Source: a virus
Taxonomy: Duplodnaviria > Caudoviricetes
IMG/VR virus record: IMGVR_UViG_3300008113_000099
Span: 1-54,814 of that record
DNA: 54,814 nucleotides
Strand: one strand, 5' to 3'
Shown: positions 36,621 through 45,143 of the stretch, one piece after another
Layout of the letters: each line of letters opens with the position of its first letter
Numbering within the stretch: position 1 is the stretch's first letter
Notes under the pieces: generated by a model
What the model was told of the DNA's origin: nothing
Databases searched by the model: none
Seen by the model: the letters and a program-made list of their open reading frames with translations, nothing else
Position numbers and translations under genes: made by a program

Positions 36621-36648
36621 AAATGGCCCCTACGAATAGGGGCCATTT
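36621..36648 (-). terminator. Intrinsic terminator after the major tail gene
   Basis: AAATGGCCCCTA-TTCG-TAGGGGCCATTT followed by CTTGTCTT. Confidence 0.8.
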
Positions 36649-36673
36649 AATTGAGACTAAATAAATTTAGTTA

Positions 36674-37351
36674 TTAAGAAGCTGCAATTTGACGATCAAC
36701 GATCATTCCGTACTCAGCGCCTGAAAATGCTGGGTCTGGTAACAATCTAAATGATACTGGGAATACTGTTGCTTCATTACGACGGTATGAGTGTGAAGAA
36801 GCTTCTACGTTCAATACACGACGTGCATGATATAGACGCTCTCTCTTAACACCTGCTGTCGAACGTGGTGCGTTACCAATGAACACAAGTGCTCTTTCTA
36901 CTGGCTCTGCTCCAAGTGCTCCTGCCTCAAGTCCTAGTGACTCTCCGCCAGTTCCTTTTGCGTAAGCTGTATCTGCTCCTGCGCCTGTTGCTGCATCTTT
37001 TGTTGATCCTGCTTGTGCGAATGAGAACAGAAGGTTCTCAAGAGTTGCTTCTGCCAAAGTTGTGTTTACTGAAACTGTCATTGCTTGCTTGAAAAGCTTA
37101 GCTGTATCAAGTAGCTGATCTACCTGAATATCACCGTAATCTGGTGAGTACTGTACTTCAATTCCTTCTGATGTAAAACCAACGTTTCTCCAACCTGTTG
37201 CAGATGTTGCTGCGTCCATTGCTGTCGCTGCTGTCTGGTTAGCTGTGAATGTTGGTAATGCGTATGTTGGCCATGCTGCTACTTCTGTTGAGTCTTTCTT
37301 TGAAACCCAAACGTTAGCGGCACCAACGATAATATTATTTACATTTGCCAT
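36674..37351 (-). CDS. Major tail (tube) protein
   Basis: NIIVGAA...GFTSEGIE...VDQLLD...TLAEATLENL...FPVSFRLLPD; GGAGG RBS before ATG 37351. Confidence 0.85.
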   Translation of the reverse strand: MANVNNIIVGAANVWVSKKDSTEVAAWPTYALPTFTANQTAATAMDAATSATGWRNVGFTSEGIEVQYSPDYGDIQVDQLLDTAKLFKQAMTVSVNTTLAEATLENLLFSFAQAGSTKDAATGAGADTAYAKGTGGESLGLEAGALGAEPVERALVFIGNAPRSTAGVKRERLYHARRVLNVEASSHSYRRNEATVFPVSFRLLPDPAFSGAEYGMIVDRQIAAS

Positions 37352-37414
37352 TTTTGTTTCCACCTCCATCTTTTTTGTGGATATAGTTATTGCTTAAAAT
37401 CTTACCAATTAAAA

Positions 37415-37481
37415 CGAACAGCTGGCTAGGCTGACAAATCCTCGATAGTTAAATAATACAGCCTAACATATTAAAAAGCAA
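37415..37481 (-). promoter_or_regulatory. Promoter and structured 5' leader of the major tail gene
   Basis: TTGCTT-17-TATTAT (37453-37481); bulged hairpin CGAG...CAGC-CTAGCCA-GCTG-TTCG. Confidence 0.5.
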
Positions 37482-37484
37482 GGC

Positions 37485-38030
37485 CTAGGAGAATCTACCA
37501 GTAGTAGGAGATATCTGTCTTCCATACTTATATCTGATTACAACCTGACCTGCTTGCCATCCAACCTTTTCACGTTCTGGTTCTGGAGAAAGAAGGTCGA
37601 TTAGTGAGACCGAAAAGAAGATAAATGGTGAACTTGAGCCTATATAGTTGTTTATGTCCTCTGCTGTATCATCCATCCTTCTGAATAGATCTAGCATAAG
37701 GTTTTGAACCTCTGCAATCTCAGCATATGACTTAGAGTATATTGTAAACATCATTGAATCTCTGCAGATCATCCAATTGTCCTCATACCCATCTGCTACA
37801 TAATCATAGATAATGTGATTTCTATCTGCTAGGGCTCCGTCCAACAAAGCATCTTGCTGTGATGGAATGATAGGTATCATTGTAAATTCGGTTCCGCTCA
37901 ATAGATCAATTTGATAGTCTGACGGCTCAAACATCTTTTGGCCAGATTTAACATTTGAATCTGTTGTGCTTAGCTTACTCCACAAGAAGTCTCTGATTGC
38001 TCCTGCCGCATTTAATGAATAGTTTGCCAT
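37485..38030 (-). CDS. Tail terminator / completion-like protein
   Basis: Position upstream of the major tail gene. Confidence 0.55.
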   Translation of the reverse strand: MANYSLNAAGAIRDFLWSKLSTTDSNVKSGQKMFEPSDYQIDLLSGTEFTMIPIIPSQQDALLDGALADRNHIIYDYVADGYEDNWMICRDSMMFTIYSKSYAEIAEVQNLMLDLFRRMDDTAEDINNYIGSSSPFIFFSVSLIDLLSPEPEREKVGWQAGQVVIRYKYGRQISPTTGRFS

Positions 38031-38821
38031 TATATTTTGTTAGCCTCCCTCAATGCACTTGCCTTAGCAAGTGATCTTACAGCCTCTGGAGATATTCTTC
38101 CAATAGACAATTTGCTTGAAATCATGGCTGGAACCTTAGTAGAAGTTTTTGTTGCTCTAGTAACTGCGCTTTTAACTCCAGAATCCTCAAGGCTAGTCTT
38201 TACCATATTACCCTTAAAGAATCTTTCATAGGTTCTTCCAAATCCGTTATATACATTGTTTCCGCCTGGATTTTTAACTCTAACACTTTGTCCTTTTGGA
38301 AGTACAACTAGCTTCCCATCTCTTCCCTCAAAGGCTAATCTTATTGATGCCGCTTTAGGCCTAATAGTTACTGGAATTCTATATTCCATAATTCTTGCTT
38401 TCTCTTTAAATACATATTTCTTTAATGATCTTGTATTAGGAACATTTGATCTGGACTGCTTAAATGAATATGACAAAGCCATGTTGTATCCCGTAGAAGG
38501 GGTCATATCAAGGCTCCACAGCCTCGCTGACGGGTCTCCAGGTCTTCTCCACTCATATACGTGGTGTAGCCTAGATGTGTAGCTCCTAGCCTGTGCATCT
38601 GTATAAAATGAAAAGTCTTTGTTTATCTGATTAAAGATTCTTGTCTTTACTGCTTTCTGAGTTAATGAAGAATTAACTAGATAATCTAATGCTGCTGCTT
38701 TATAATATAATGCTGATGCTATCTTAGCTATTGAGCCATTATCTTTGATCATGCCTTTGCTTCCGCCCATTGACATAACTTGCTCAGCAGATTTAATTTG
38801 TGAGATTATATTAGACTTCAA
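38030..38821 (-). CDS. Neck / tail-completion-like protein (basic)
   Basis: Position in the head-tail block; LHHVYEW motif. Confidence 0.55.
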   Translation of the reverse strand: MKSNIISQIKSAEQVMSMGGSKGMIKDNGSIAKIASALYYKAAALDYLVNSSLTQKAVKTRIFNQINKDFSFYTDAQARSYTSRLHHVYEWRRPGDPSARLWSLDMTPSTGYNMALSYSFKQSRSNVPNTRSLKKYVFKEKARIMEYRIPVTIRPKAASIRLAFEGRDGKLVVLPKGQSVRVKNPGGNNVYNGFGRTYERFFKGNMVKTSLEDSGVKSAVTRATKTSTKVPAMISSKLSIGRISPEAVRSLAKASALREANKI

Positions 38822-39242
38822 GCTTCTGTACCTCTGAACGTTTAGCGCTTACGTTGAATGATAATATTTGTCCAAATGGGTCAAGCACTGGGGTTACTCC
38901 CATTACGTCAAATATAGTTGGGGTATCGTAGTTATTGCTAATTAATTCAAACCAGATTACTTCATCTCTATCGTTTCTGATATTAGTAATTCTTTGTGTC
39001 TTAGATGTCTTATACTTTGTTTCAATAATGATTCTTTCAGTATTTTCGTATCTTTCCCCAGTCTTTTCTGAGCTTCCGCCAGTTCTTCCAGTTTCAGATA
39101 TATAACCTCTAGCTAGGCATGGCTCTGTACTCTTGTATCCCCACTTCTTTACAAGTGCTCCAGTATTTTCATCCTGTGAAACAATGACCTCATAAACATC
39201 CATTTTCATGTTTAGGGTAGATTCTATAAGGCCTCTTGACAT
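38811..39242 (-). CDS. Head-to-tail stopper-like protein
   Basis: Beta-rich 143 aa after the adaptor; QDENTGA...W pattern. Confidence 0.6.
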   Translation of the reverse strand: MSRGLIESTLNMKMDVYEVIVSQDENTGALVKKWGYKSTEPCLARGYISETGRTGGSSEKTGERYENTERIIIETKYKTSKTQRITNIRNDRDEVIWFELISNNYDTPTIFDVMGVTPVLDPFGQILSFNVSAKRSEVQKLEV

Positions 39243-40171
39243 TAAATAACCACCATACGGTTAGCAACAAATGGCTCAAGCATTCTGTCTACTGCAGAGT
39301 TGCCTGTTCCAGTAAATGCTGCTGGAGAAATATCAACGTTCCAGTCACCAGTCTGCATAGACTTAACGTACTTCTCCTTCCATATAGTGTCTTGGTGGAA
39401 AAAGTCATTTGCCAATCTTATTGTGCAGTCATAGATTTCAATTGGAACATTCTTGTATCCAAACATTCCTTCAACACTGTACTTTGATCCGTTATTAAAG
39501 TATCCAGCATTTGGTCTATCTGCTTGGTAAGGATATGACTCAAATACTTCTAGGCCTGCGCCTTTGTCTATTACAATTGCATAGTTGGTATCTGTAACTT
39601 TCAATGTAACCTGATTATTTGCAGATGTTGAATCGTACACAAGAACATCGTTTTCGTATACCTTAGATATAGATTCAATTCTTTCTGGGAGTAATAGTAC
39701 ATCTACTCCGTCGCCAAGTACGGATATGGTCTTTTGAGTATAATCAAATTTTTGTCCAGTAAAGGCATTAATCTTAAATCTAGCATATCTTTCAGCAGAC
39801 ATAATCTCGTCATATGTCTTATAATTGGTATCTACAGTATCTACGCCATATCCAGAGTAATCTACAATATCTGCAACTGTGGCATATGGTCGTGTTACAA
39901 GGTAGTGCTTACGGTCAGAAAATACCGTTCCAGAAATTGTATAATCAATCTTCAAGTAAAAATACTTATAGCTTGTTGTGGCTGAGATAGGAACATATGT
40001 AAAATAGCTTCCTGCATCAACATCAGTATTATTGGCAGTCAAAACTGTACCAGTTGTTGCATCCTCATAAAATATAGTGACCGTTGGACCAACATCTGGA
40101 TCCTTGGCTATACCATTATAGTAAGTCTTAAAGTTTATAGGACCATTAGTTCCAGCGTGTATCTCTGCCAT
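39242..40171 (-). CDS. Head-to-tail adaptor with N-terminal extra domain
   Basis: PYATVAD...INAFTGQKF...GYKNVP.EI...L..F pattern of gp6/gp15-like adaptors. Confidence 0.7.
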   Translation of the reverse strand: MAEIHAGTNGPINFKTYYNGIAKDPDVGPTVTIFYEDATTGTVLTANNTDVDAGSYFTYVPISATTSYKYFYLKIDYTISGTVFSDRKHYLVTRPYATVADIVDYSGYGVDTVDTNYKTYDEIMSAERYARFKINAFTGQKFDYTQKTISVLGDGVDVLLLPERIESISKVYENDVLVYDSTSANNQVTLKVTDTNYAIVIDKGAGLEVFESYPYQADRPNAGYFNNGSKYSVEGMFGYKNVPIEIYDCTIRLANDFFHQDTIWKEKYVKSMQTGDWNVDISPAAFTGTGNSAVDRMLEPFVANRMVVI

Positions 40172-40182
40172 TTATTATCTCC

Positions 40183-40575
40183 TTATGAGTAGTATTCGTT
40201 AACTTCTCTAGGTGTAGCTAAACGAAAACCTTCTTGTGTATCAAAAATCTCCATGGCAGTCTCCATTGGCATTGCTGCAAATGGGTGCTCCTGGCTAAAG
40301 CTATATCCAAAAGTTTCATAACTTCTGTTTTTTCTTTCCATCTTTACTAAGGCAGATCCTGGATCCTTGCCCAAATCTTCAGCATTTGTAAATACTGGGG
40401 CTGGTGGAATTTCTTCTCTTTCTACCTTTTTTAAATTATCAATAAGATCTGAGGTAACTCCCTCTTCCGCCAAAGCTGCGAGAACTTCAGCCTTAGTCTT
40501 TGCAGACTCTAGGTCTACCGCAAATTCTTCTGCTACCTTTTTTAGTTCCGCTAACTTCATTGACTCTAATGACAT
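40183..40575 (-). CDS. Protein with Rho-N/HeH-like N-terminal domain
   Basis: LESMKLAELKKVAEEFAVDLESAKTKAEVLAAL; own TGCTATAAT at 40600-40608. Confidence 0.65.
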   Translation of the reverse strand: MSLESMKLAELKKVAEEFAVDLESAKTKAEVLAALAEEGVTSDLIDNLKKVEREEIPPAPVFTNAEDLGKDPGSALVKMERKNRSYETFGYSFSQEHPFAAMPMETAMEIFDTQEGFRLATPREVNEYYS

Positions 40576-40628
40576 TTATTTCTCCGTTTCTTTGTTTTAA
40601 TTATAGCATTTTACGGACTATAAAGGAA

Positions 40629-40656
40629 AAGGGCCCCCTTAAAGAAAGGGGCCCTT
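40629..40656 (-). terminator. Intrinsic terminator after the capsid gene
   Basis: AAGGGCCCCTT-TCTTT-AAGGGGGCCCTT followed by TTCCTTT. Confidence 0.8.
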
Positions 40657-40683
40657 CTCACACTTTGTTGTCCTAATTTATAA

Positions 40684-41769
40684 TTATGGACGTGATGCTG
40701 GAAGATTTGTGTAGCTTCCGCCTGTTACAGCTGCGAAGTCACGAGAATCGTATCCTGCTGCAACCTTAACGTTCTTGACGACAACGAATGCGTCAGGATT
40801 TTCGATTGCTGTACCAACACGAAGGAACAGAGTATATTCTGTTGTATCCTTCTTTGGCTTGAACTCACGGTGAACTGTAATGTCACGCTTCACACCAACG
40901 ATTACGTTGTCTGGGAATGTGAGGTGTACGTCTCCGTGTGCACCTGATGGACTTGTGTATGTTCCAGTTTGGTTCTCGTCTAGAAGTGGAACTTCTAATA
41001 CTGGGATACCATATGCGTAAGGGATTACGCCTCCTGGAGCACCATTGTTAGCTGCAACATCTCCACGAACGATAGAAGATGCAATATCTTCTGGTGATCC
41101 TGGAAGTGATGTTAGGCTGTATAAGTAGTCCTGTACCAAATTGCTTCCTGTAAGGAAACGTAGTTGGTTGCGACGTTGCTTGTAGCGACGTGGCATCTTC
41201 TTAAGAGCATCATTGAAGATACCCTTAGAAATTGTTGCACCTGCTGCATCAACAACATGTGCTTCTGTCTTTGCGATGTTTGTAACACCCTTGAATGCTT
41301 TTAGAAGTGTATCTGAGCCTGTTCCAACTCCGTTAAGGATAAGATCCTCAACATCGTTACCAACCTGAGTTGCCATCATTCTTGCGATGTGGTCTTCTAG
41401 GTCTTGGCCCTCAATGCCGTCTTCTAAAGATTCAGTTGAAAGCTCCCAATCTAAACGGAGCTTCTTTGTTGCAAGAGAGATCTTAGCGAACACAACTGAT
41501 TGTGCTGCTCCTGTATCAGATGCTTCTGTAGCAACCTTAAGGATTCTTTCGCCTACACCGATCTTGTCGATTTCTTGAATGTCAGAACGCATACGAATGG
41601 TTCTAGCAAACTTTGTTACAACTGTTGCATCAAACATATAGTCGATGAAACGATTAGCTTGATCTGGCTTTAGTAAGCCACCACGAGCTGAATCATCGCC
41701 TGATACGCCAAGAGCGTTAGCTCCTGTCTGCGCTGTAACTACTGCTTTTTCTAATAGTTCATTACTCAT
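40684..41769 (-). CDS. Major capsid protein (HK97 fold)
   Basis: GGLLKPDQANRFID, ELSTESLED, DVEDLILNG; follows protease/scaffold; terminator downstream. Confidence 0.9.
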   Translation of the reverse strand: MSNELLEKAVVTAQTGANALGVSGDDSARGGLLKPDQANRFIDYMFDATVVTKFARTIRMRSDIQEIDKIGVGERILKVATEASDTGAAQSVVFAKISLATKKLRLDWELSTESLEDGIEGQDLEDHIARMMATQVGNDVEDLILNGVGTGSDTLLKAFKGVTNIAKTEAHVVDAAGATISKGIFNDALKKMPRRYKQRRNQLRFLTGSNLVQDYLYSLTSLPGSPEDIASSIVRGDVAANNGAPGGVIPYAYGIPVLEVPLLDENQTGTYTSPSGAHGDVHLTFPDNVIVGVKRDITVHREFKPKKDTTEYTLFLRVGTAIENPDAFVVVKNVKVAAGYDSRDFAAVTGGSYTNLPASRP

Positions 41770-41792
41770 TTGTTTTTTCACCTGCCTTGTCT

Positions 41793-43136
41793 TTAGAGAA
41801 TTTCACGAACACCGAGGAAAGTGCCGTTCCACTTGCTTTTCTTAATTGGTTCATCATTAGACCCGCCAAGGTCTGCTGACTTTTTGATAGCAGTTGAAGT
41901 TTCAACTGAATCAATTCTTTTTTCTGTTGCTGTAAGGGAATCTGTGATGCCCTTTACGATGCCAGAAATCTCATCGTACTTCTTTGCAAGATCTTCGATC
42001 TTTGATTCTGTACCCTTAACTAGTTCCTCAACATTGTTACGTACTGACTCTAGACCTGTTGCATTCTCAGATGCATTCTTTGCAAAGTTATCGGCGAAGA
42101 ACGACTTGAGTTCATCAAGCTTCTTTGCGAAATCTAACTCTTCAACGGCGACCTCTTGAATATCTGCTGCCTTTTCGACAACTTCTTCATCGCCCTTTGG
42201 AGCTTCTGCGGCAACTTCTGCTGCCTCAACTACTTCCTCAGCTGCTGGTGCTTCAACAACTGCTTCAGCTGCTGGTGCGTCTACAACTTCAGACTGAAGT
42301 TCTGTATTTTCTGCCACTTCTGTACCTCCTACATTGGCTGTGTTTTTATTTAAATCAACGCCGTCGTTAGCTTCACGACGTTCTTCTGCGATATTTTCAA
42401 TCTCAGAATTCTTTTTAATATATGAATCAACAATTAATTTGATTGACTCTGCTTTGCTAACATCTGTTGACTCTACCCATCCGATTTGCTCCATATTGCA
42501 TGAGCAGTTGTCGCATGTTGCTGTATCGTTTTCCGATGTTATTGCAATTGAATCTTGACCGCACCAAAAAATATTCTCTGGTGTGACGCCAGTTGCAATT
42601 CCCTTCATAACCATTGCTCCATTAACCTTTTCAATAGAAAAAATGTTTGCTAACTGGTTTGCTGGATTGTCTACAAGGGATAACTCTACTAGATCATAAT
42701 CTTTAATTATTCTTACTGGCTCTTCTTGGCCTTCAATAAATTCATTATCTGACTTCTTAATTGATCCGCCAATTGAGAAACCAGAAAGAGTGCCATCAAG
42801 AACTTTCTCCCAAGTATCTTGTGCACCCTTTGAAACATACGATGTTACATAAACACCGTTATAAACTTTACCTTCTTTTGGATCATAATAACTTTTAGGT
42901 TCAAATGCTACAACTTTACCAACCGCCATTGGTTGATGCATTTCTCTAACATTTCCACGGAATCTCATGAATGCGCCTAGTGAGGCTTCAGAAGAAACAA
43001 TATCTCCATGTGAGTCTACATTGTCTAGTGTTGCGTAGCCAGAGACTGTTCGCTTATTTTGATCGACCTTTGAGAACGGGATGGACAACTTAATGTTGTT
43101 TCCGCTTGTGGTCCAATTAGACTTAGTTATTTCCAT
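41793..43136 (-). CDS. Prohead protease fused to acidic scaffold-like region
   Basis: VSGYAT.DNVD, REMH, GFSIGG, ELSLVDNPAN; Glu/Ala-rich and coiled-coil C-terminus. Confidence 0.88.
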   Translation of the reverse strand: MEITKSNWTTSGNNIKLSIPFSKVDQNKRTVSGYATLDNVDSHGDIVSSEASLGAFMRFRGNVREMHQPMAVGKVVAFEPKSYYDPKEGKVYNGVYVTSYVSKGAQDTWEKVLDGTLSGFSIGGSIKKSDNEFIEGQEEPVRIIKDYDLVELSLVDNPANQLANIFSIEKVNGAMVMKGIATGVTPENIFWCGQDSIAITSENDTATCDNCSCNMEQIGWVESTDVSKAESIKLIVDSYIKKNSEIENIAEERREANDGVDLNKNTANVGGTEVAENTELQSEVVDAPAAEAVVEAPAAEEVVEAAEVAAEAPKGDEEVVEKAADIQEVAVEELDFAKKLDELKSFFADNFAKNASENATGLESVRNNVEELVKGTESKIEDLAKKYDEISGIVKGITDSLTATEKRIDSVETSTAIKKSADLGGSNDEPIKKSKWNGTFLGVREIL

Positions 43137-43142
43137 AGTGTT

Positions 43143-43174
43143 ATTATAATATCTCTTAGTAGATTAAAACGCAA
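43143..43174 (-). promoter_or_regulatory. Promoter for the protease/capsid operon (leaderless)
   Basis: TTGCGT-17-TATTAT with overlapping TATAAT 6 nt before the ATG; no SD. Confidence 0.6.
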
Positions 43175-43182
43175 ATACTGGT

Positions 43183-44751
43183 CTATTGAGTTTGACGTCC
43201 GTCGCCTTGAGCATTTCTGCTACCATCGTTGTCTGCCTGATTCGCCTGTCTTTCTTGATCACGCTGTCTATTGCCTGTAGCTTGAGTTGTTAATTCAGCG
43301 GCTGCTTTTGCGTTCAATTCAACAGGTACATCTCCACCCGATAAACCTTGTAGTCCCATTCTAGCACGAATTTCATTAGGAACAATGACCTTCATTCTTA
43401 GGTATCTCTCGTCAATCTTAGATTGAGTATCCTCATCTGTAAGAGTTAATTCATTAAATTTAATCAAGAACATGTCTGTCTTCTCAGCAATAATCTTGCC
43501 AAGTCTCTTTTCAAGAGTTCTTTGAGATGGTCTACATACCTGCTCTTTAAATGTCTTGTCGGCATCCTTAGCATTTGCAAGGGACACTCCTTGAGGAGTT
43601 CCGATCTTGCTAATAGGCACTCTGTGAGACATCAGGATTTCATCTCTGTTGGCTGACTTATACTTATCAAATGATGAGTCTTGAACTCCTGCCTCAACCG
43701 CTTCCATCTTAAACTCAACTTTTGAGTCAGAGTTATCTGAAGGTAGAGGTATGTATAGAGAGCGATGATTCTTGCCCTTTAAACCTGTCTGGAAGAACTC
43801 TAGGAGCTTTCTTTCTGCATCGTTGGACAACTTTGCACCCTTGACTGTAATAATGTATCTAGGGACTGCTTTGTTCTCAAAATAGTCTAGATTAAATCTT
43901 GCCGCAAATTCATTTCCTGCCATAGCATTCTTTGAGGAAATAATATCTGGCACTCCGTAGAATCCGTTTGTTGGAGTGTAGTTCTTAAAGTGAATAACTT
44001 CGTTTGGCACTACGTCTGAAGTTATAGGGTTTGGAGTTTCGGTATCTCCATAATTTCTAAAAAATACAGTTTGGTTTCCAATGATCTGAACAAATCCATC
44101 TCTCAGTCTACGAATACGCATTGATGCTGATGGAACATGGCCAATGTAGCCAATCTCTCCAGTATTTTTTCTTCCTACTTCAAGGTAACCGTTTCCAGTT
44201 GTCTCGTAGTCTTTCCATACTCTAGCAAGAGTCTCTACAAATGTTTCCTCTTCGTTTGTGTTCTCCAACCAGGTGTGCATCTGAAGCTTTAATCTTTCAA
44301 GCTTTCTACGTGCTCTTTCTAAACCTTTTTCATCTTCTATATCTGAAAGGCGTTCTTTAGTTGCTTCGCTTTCAACAAAATCGTAGCCTAGGCCAACGAT
44401 GTTTGCAATCTTTGCGTTTACAGCAGCATAATGTGGTGAAGAAATTTCATAAATCTTTGCAAGGTAATCTAGGTTATATGGAGGCATAACAACATCAAGG
44501 ATGCTGTATCCAGTAATCATAAATGGTTCTACAATTGCCGTACTCTGTGAGCCATCTCCACGAAGGAACTTTGAAAAGTCTGTTCTAGCAACCTTCTTTT
44601 TAAAGTTAGTGCTAAATCCACTCATCTTCTTTACTTCATCTAGACCACGACTAAAAGGGTCTCCGTATTCGTTTCCACGAACACCAGCAAACATATCGCC
44701 AGATCCACTTATCTCAATTGTCTCTGTATCTTCAATAAACTCAGCGGCCAT
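43183..44751 (-). CDS. Portal protein
   Basis: DYETTGNGYLEV, EVIHFK, YGVPD, YFENKAVP, PNEIRARMGL; probable start MAAEFIED. Confidence 0.9.
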   Translation of the reverse strand: MAAEFIEDTETIEISGSGDMFAGVRGNEYGDPFSRGLDEVKKMSGFSTNFKKKVARTDFSKFLRGDGSQSTAIVEPFMITGYSILDVVMPPYNLDYLAKIYEISSPHYAAVNAKIANIVGLGYDFVESEATKERLSDIEDEKGLERARRKLERLKLQMHTWLENTNEEETFVETLARVWKDYETTGNGYLEVGRKNTGEIGYIGHVPSASMRIRRLRDGFVQIIGNQTVFFRNYGDTETPNPITSDVVPNEVIHFKNYTPTNGFYGVPDIISSKNAMAGNEFAARFNLDYFENKAVPRYIITVKGAKLSNDAERKLLEFFQTGLKGKNHRSLYIPLPSDNSDSKVEFKMEAVEAGVQDSSFDKYKSANRDEILMSHRVPISKIGTPQGVSLANAKDADKTFKEQVCRPSQRTLEKRLGKIIAEKTDMFLIKFNELTLTDEDTQSKIDERYLRMKVIVPNEIRARMGLQGLSGGDVPVELNAKAAAELTTQATGNRQRDQERQANQADNDGSRNAQGDGRQTQ

Positions 44752-45085
44752 TTTGTACCATCCTCTTTGCGGCATCTAAACCTTCTCCAAGATCCCAAGG
44801 ATCTGGTGTTAAACCAGCATGCAATCTTGCTTCTTGCGCTGCATACTCTTCATCAGAAACTTTTCTGCGACCTGGAAGAAACTTTGGTGCGCCCTCAGTA
44901 ACTCCATATCCTTCTGCTGCTTCTGTTAAAATCTTAATCTTTTCCGCATCTCCAAATACTGCTGGGATTAGCATATAGTGACCTTCGTCATCTCCGACCC
45001 ATTGGCCATTTGGCATTTCCCAAACATAGACTCCATACTTGGTCTTATCTGCAACTACCTTGGCTTTACCTAATTTATTTAGCAT
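44741..45085 (-). CDS. Hypothetical protein upstream of portal
   Basis: YGVYVWEMPNG...PGRRKVSDEEY; TGGTAGAAT 6 nt before the ATG. Confidence 0.75.
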   Translation of the reverse strand: MLNKLGKAKVVADKTKYGVYVWEMPNGQWVGDDEGHYMLIPAVFGDAEKIKILTEAAEGYGVTEGAPKFLPGRRKVSDEEYAAQEARLHAGLTPDPWDLGEGLDAAKRMVQNGR

Positions 45086-45116
45086 ATATCTATTCTACCA
45101 TTTTCTGTCATATAAG

Positions 45117-45139
45117 TCCATAGCTGGATTAGCTATGGA
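45117..45139 (-). terminator. Hairpin closing the fibre array
   Basis: TCCATAGCT-AATCC-AGCTATGGA. Confidence 0.55.
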
Positions 45140-45143
45140 TAGA

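Noticed and set aside
42238-42292. 27-nt direct repeat (CAGCTGCTGGTGC...)
   Set aside because: In-frame coding repeat (VV(D/E)APAAE) in the scaffold region, not a regulatory or CRISPR repeat
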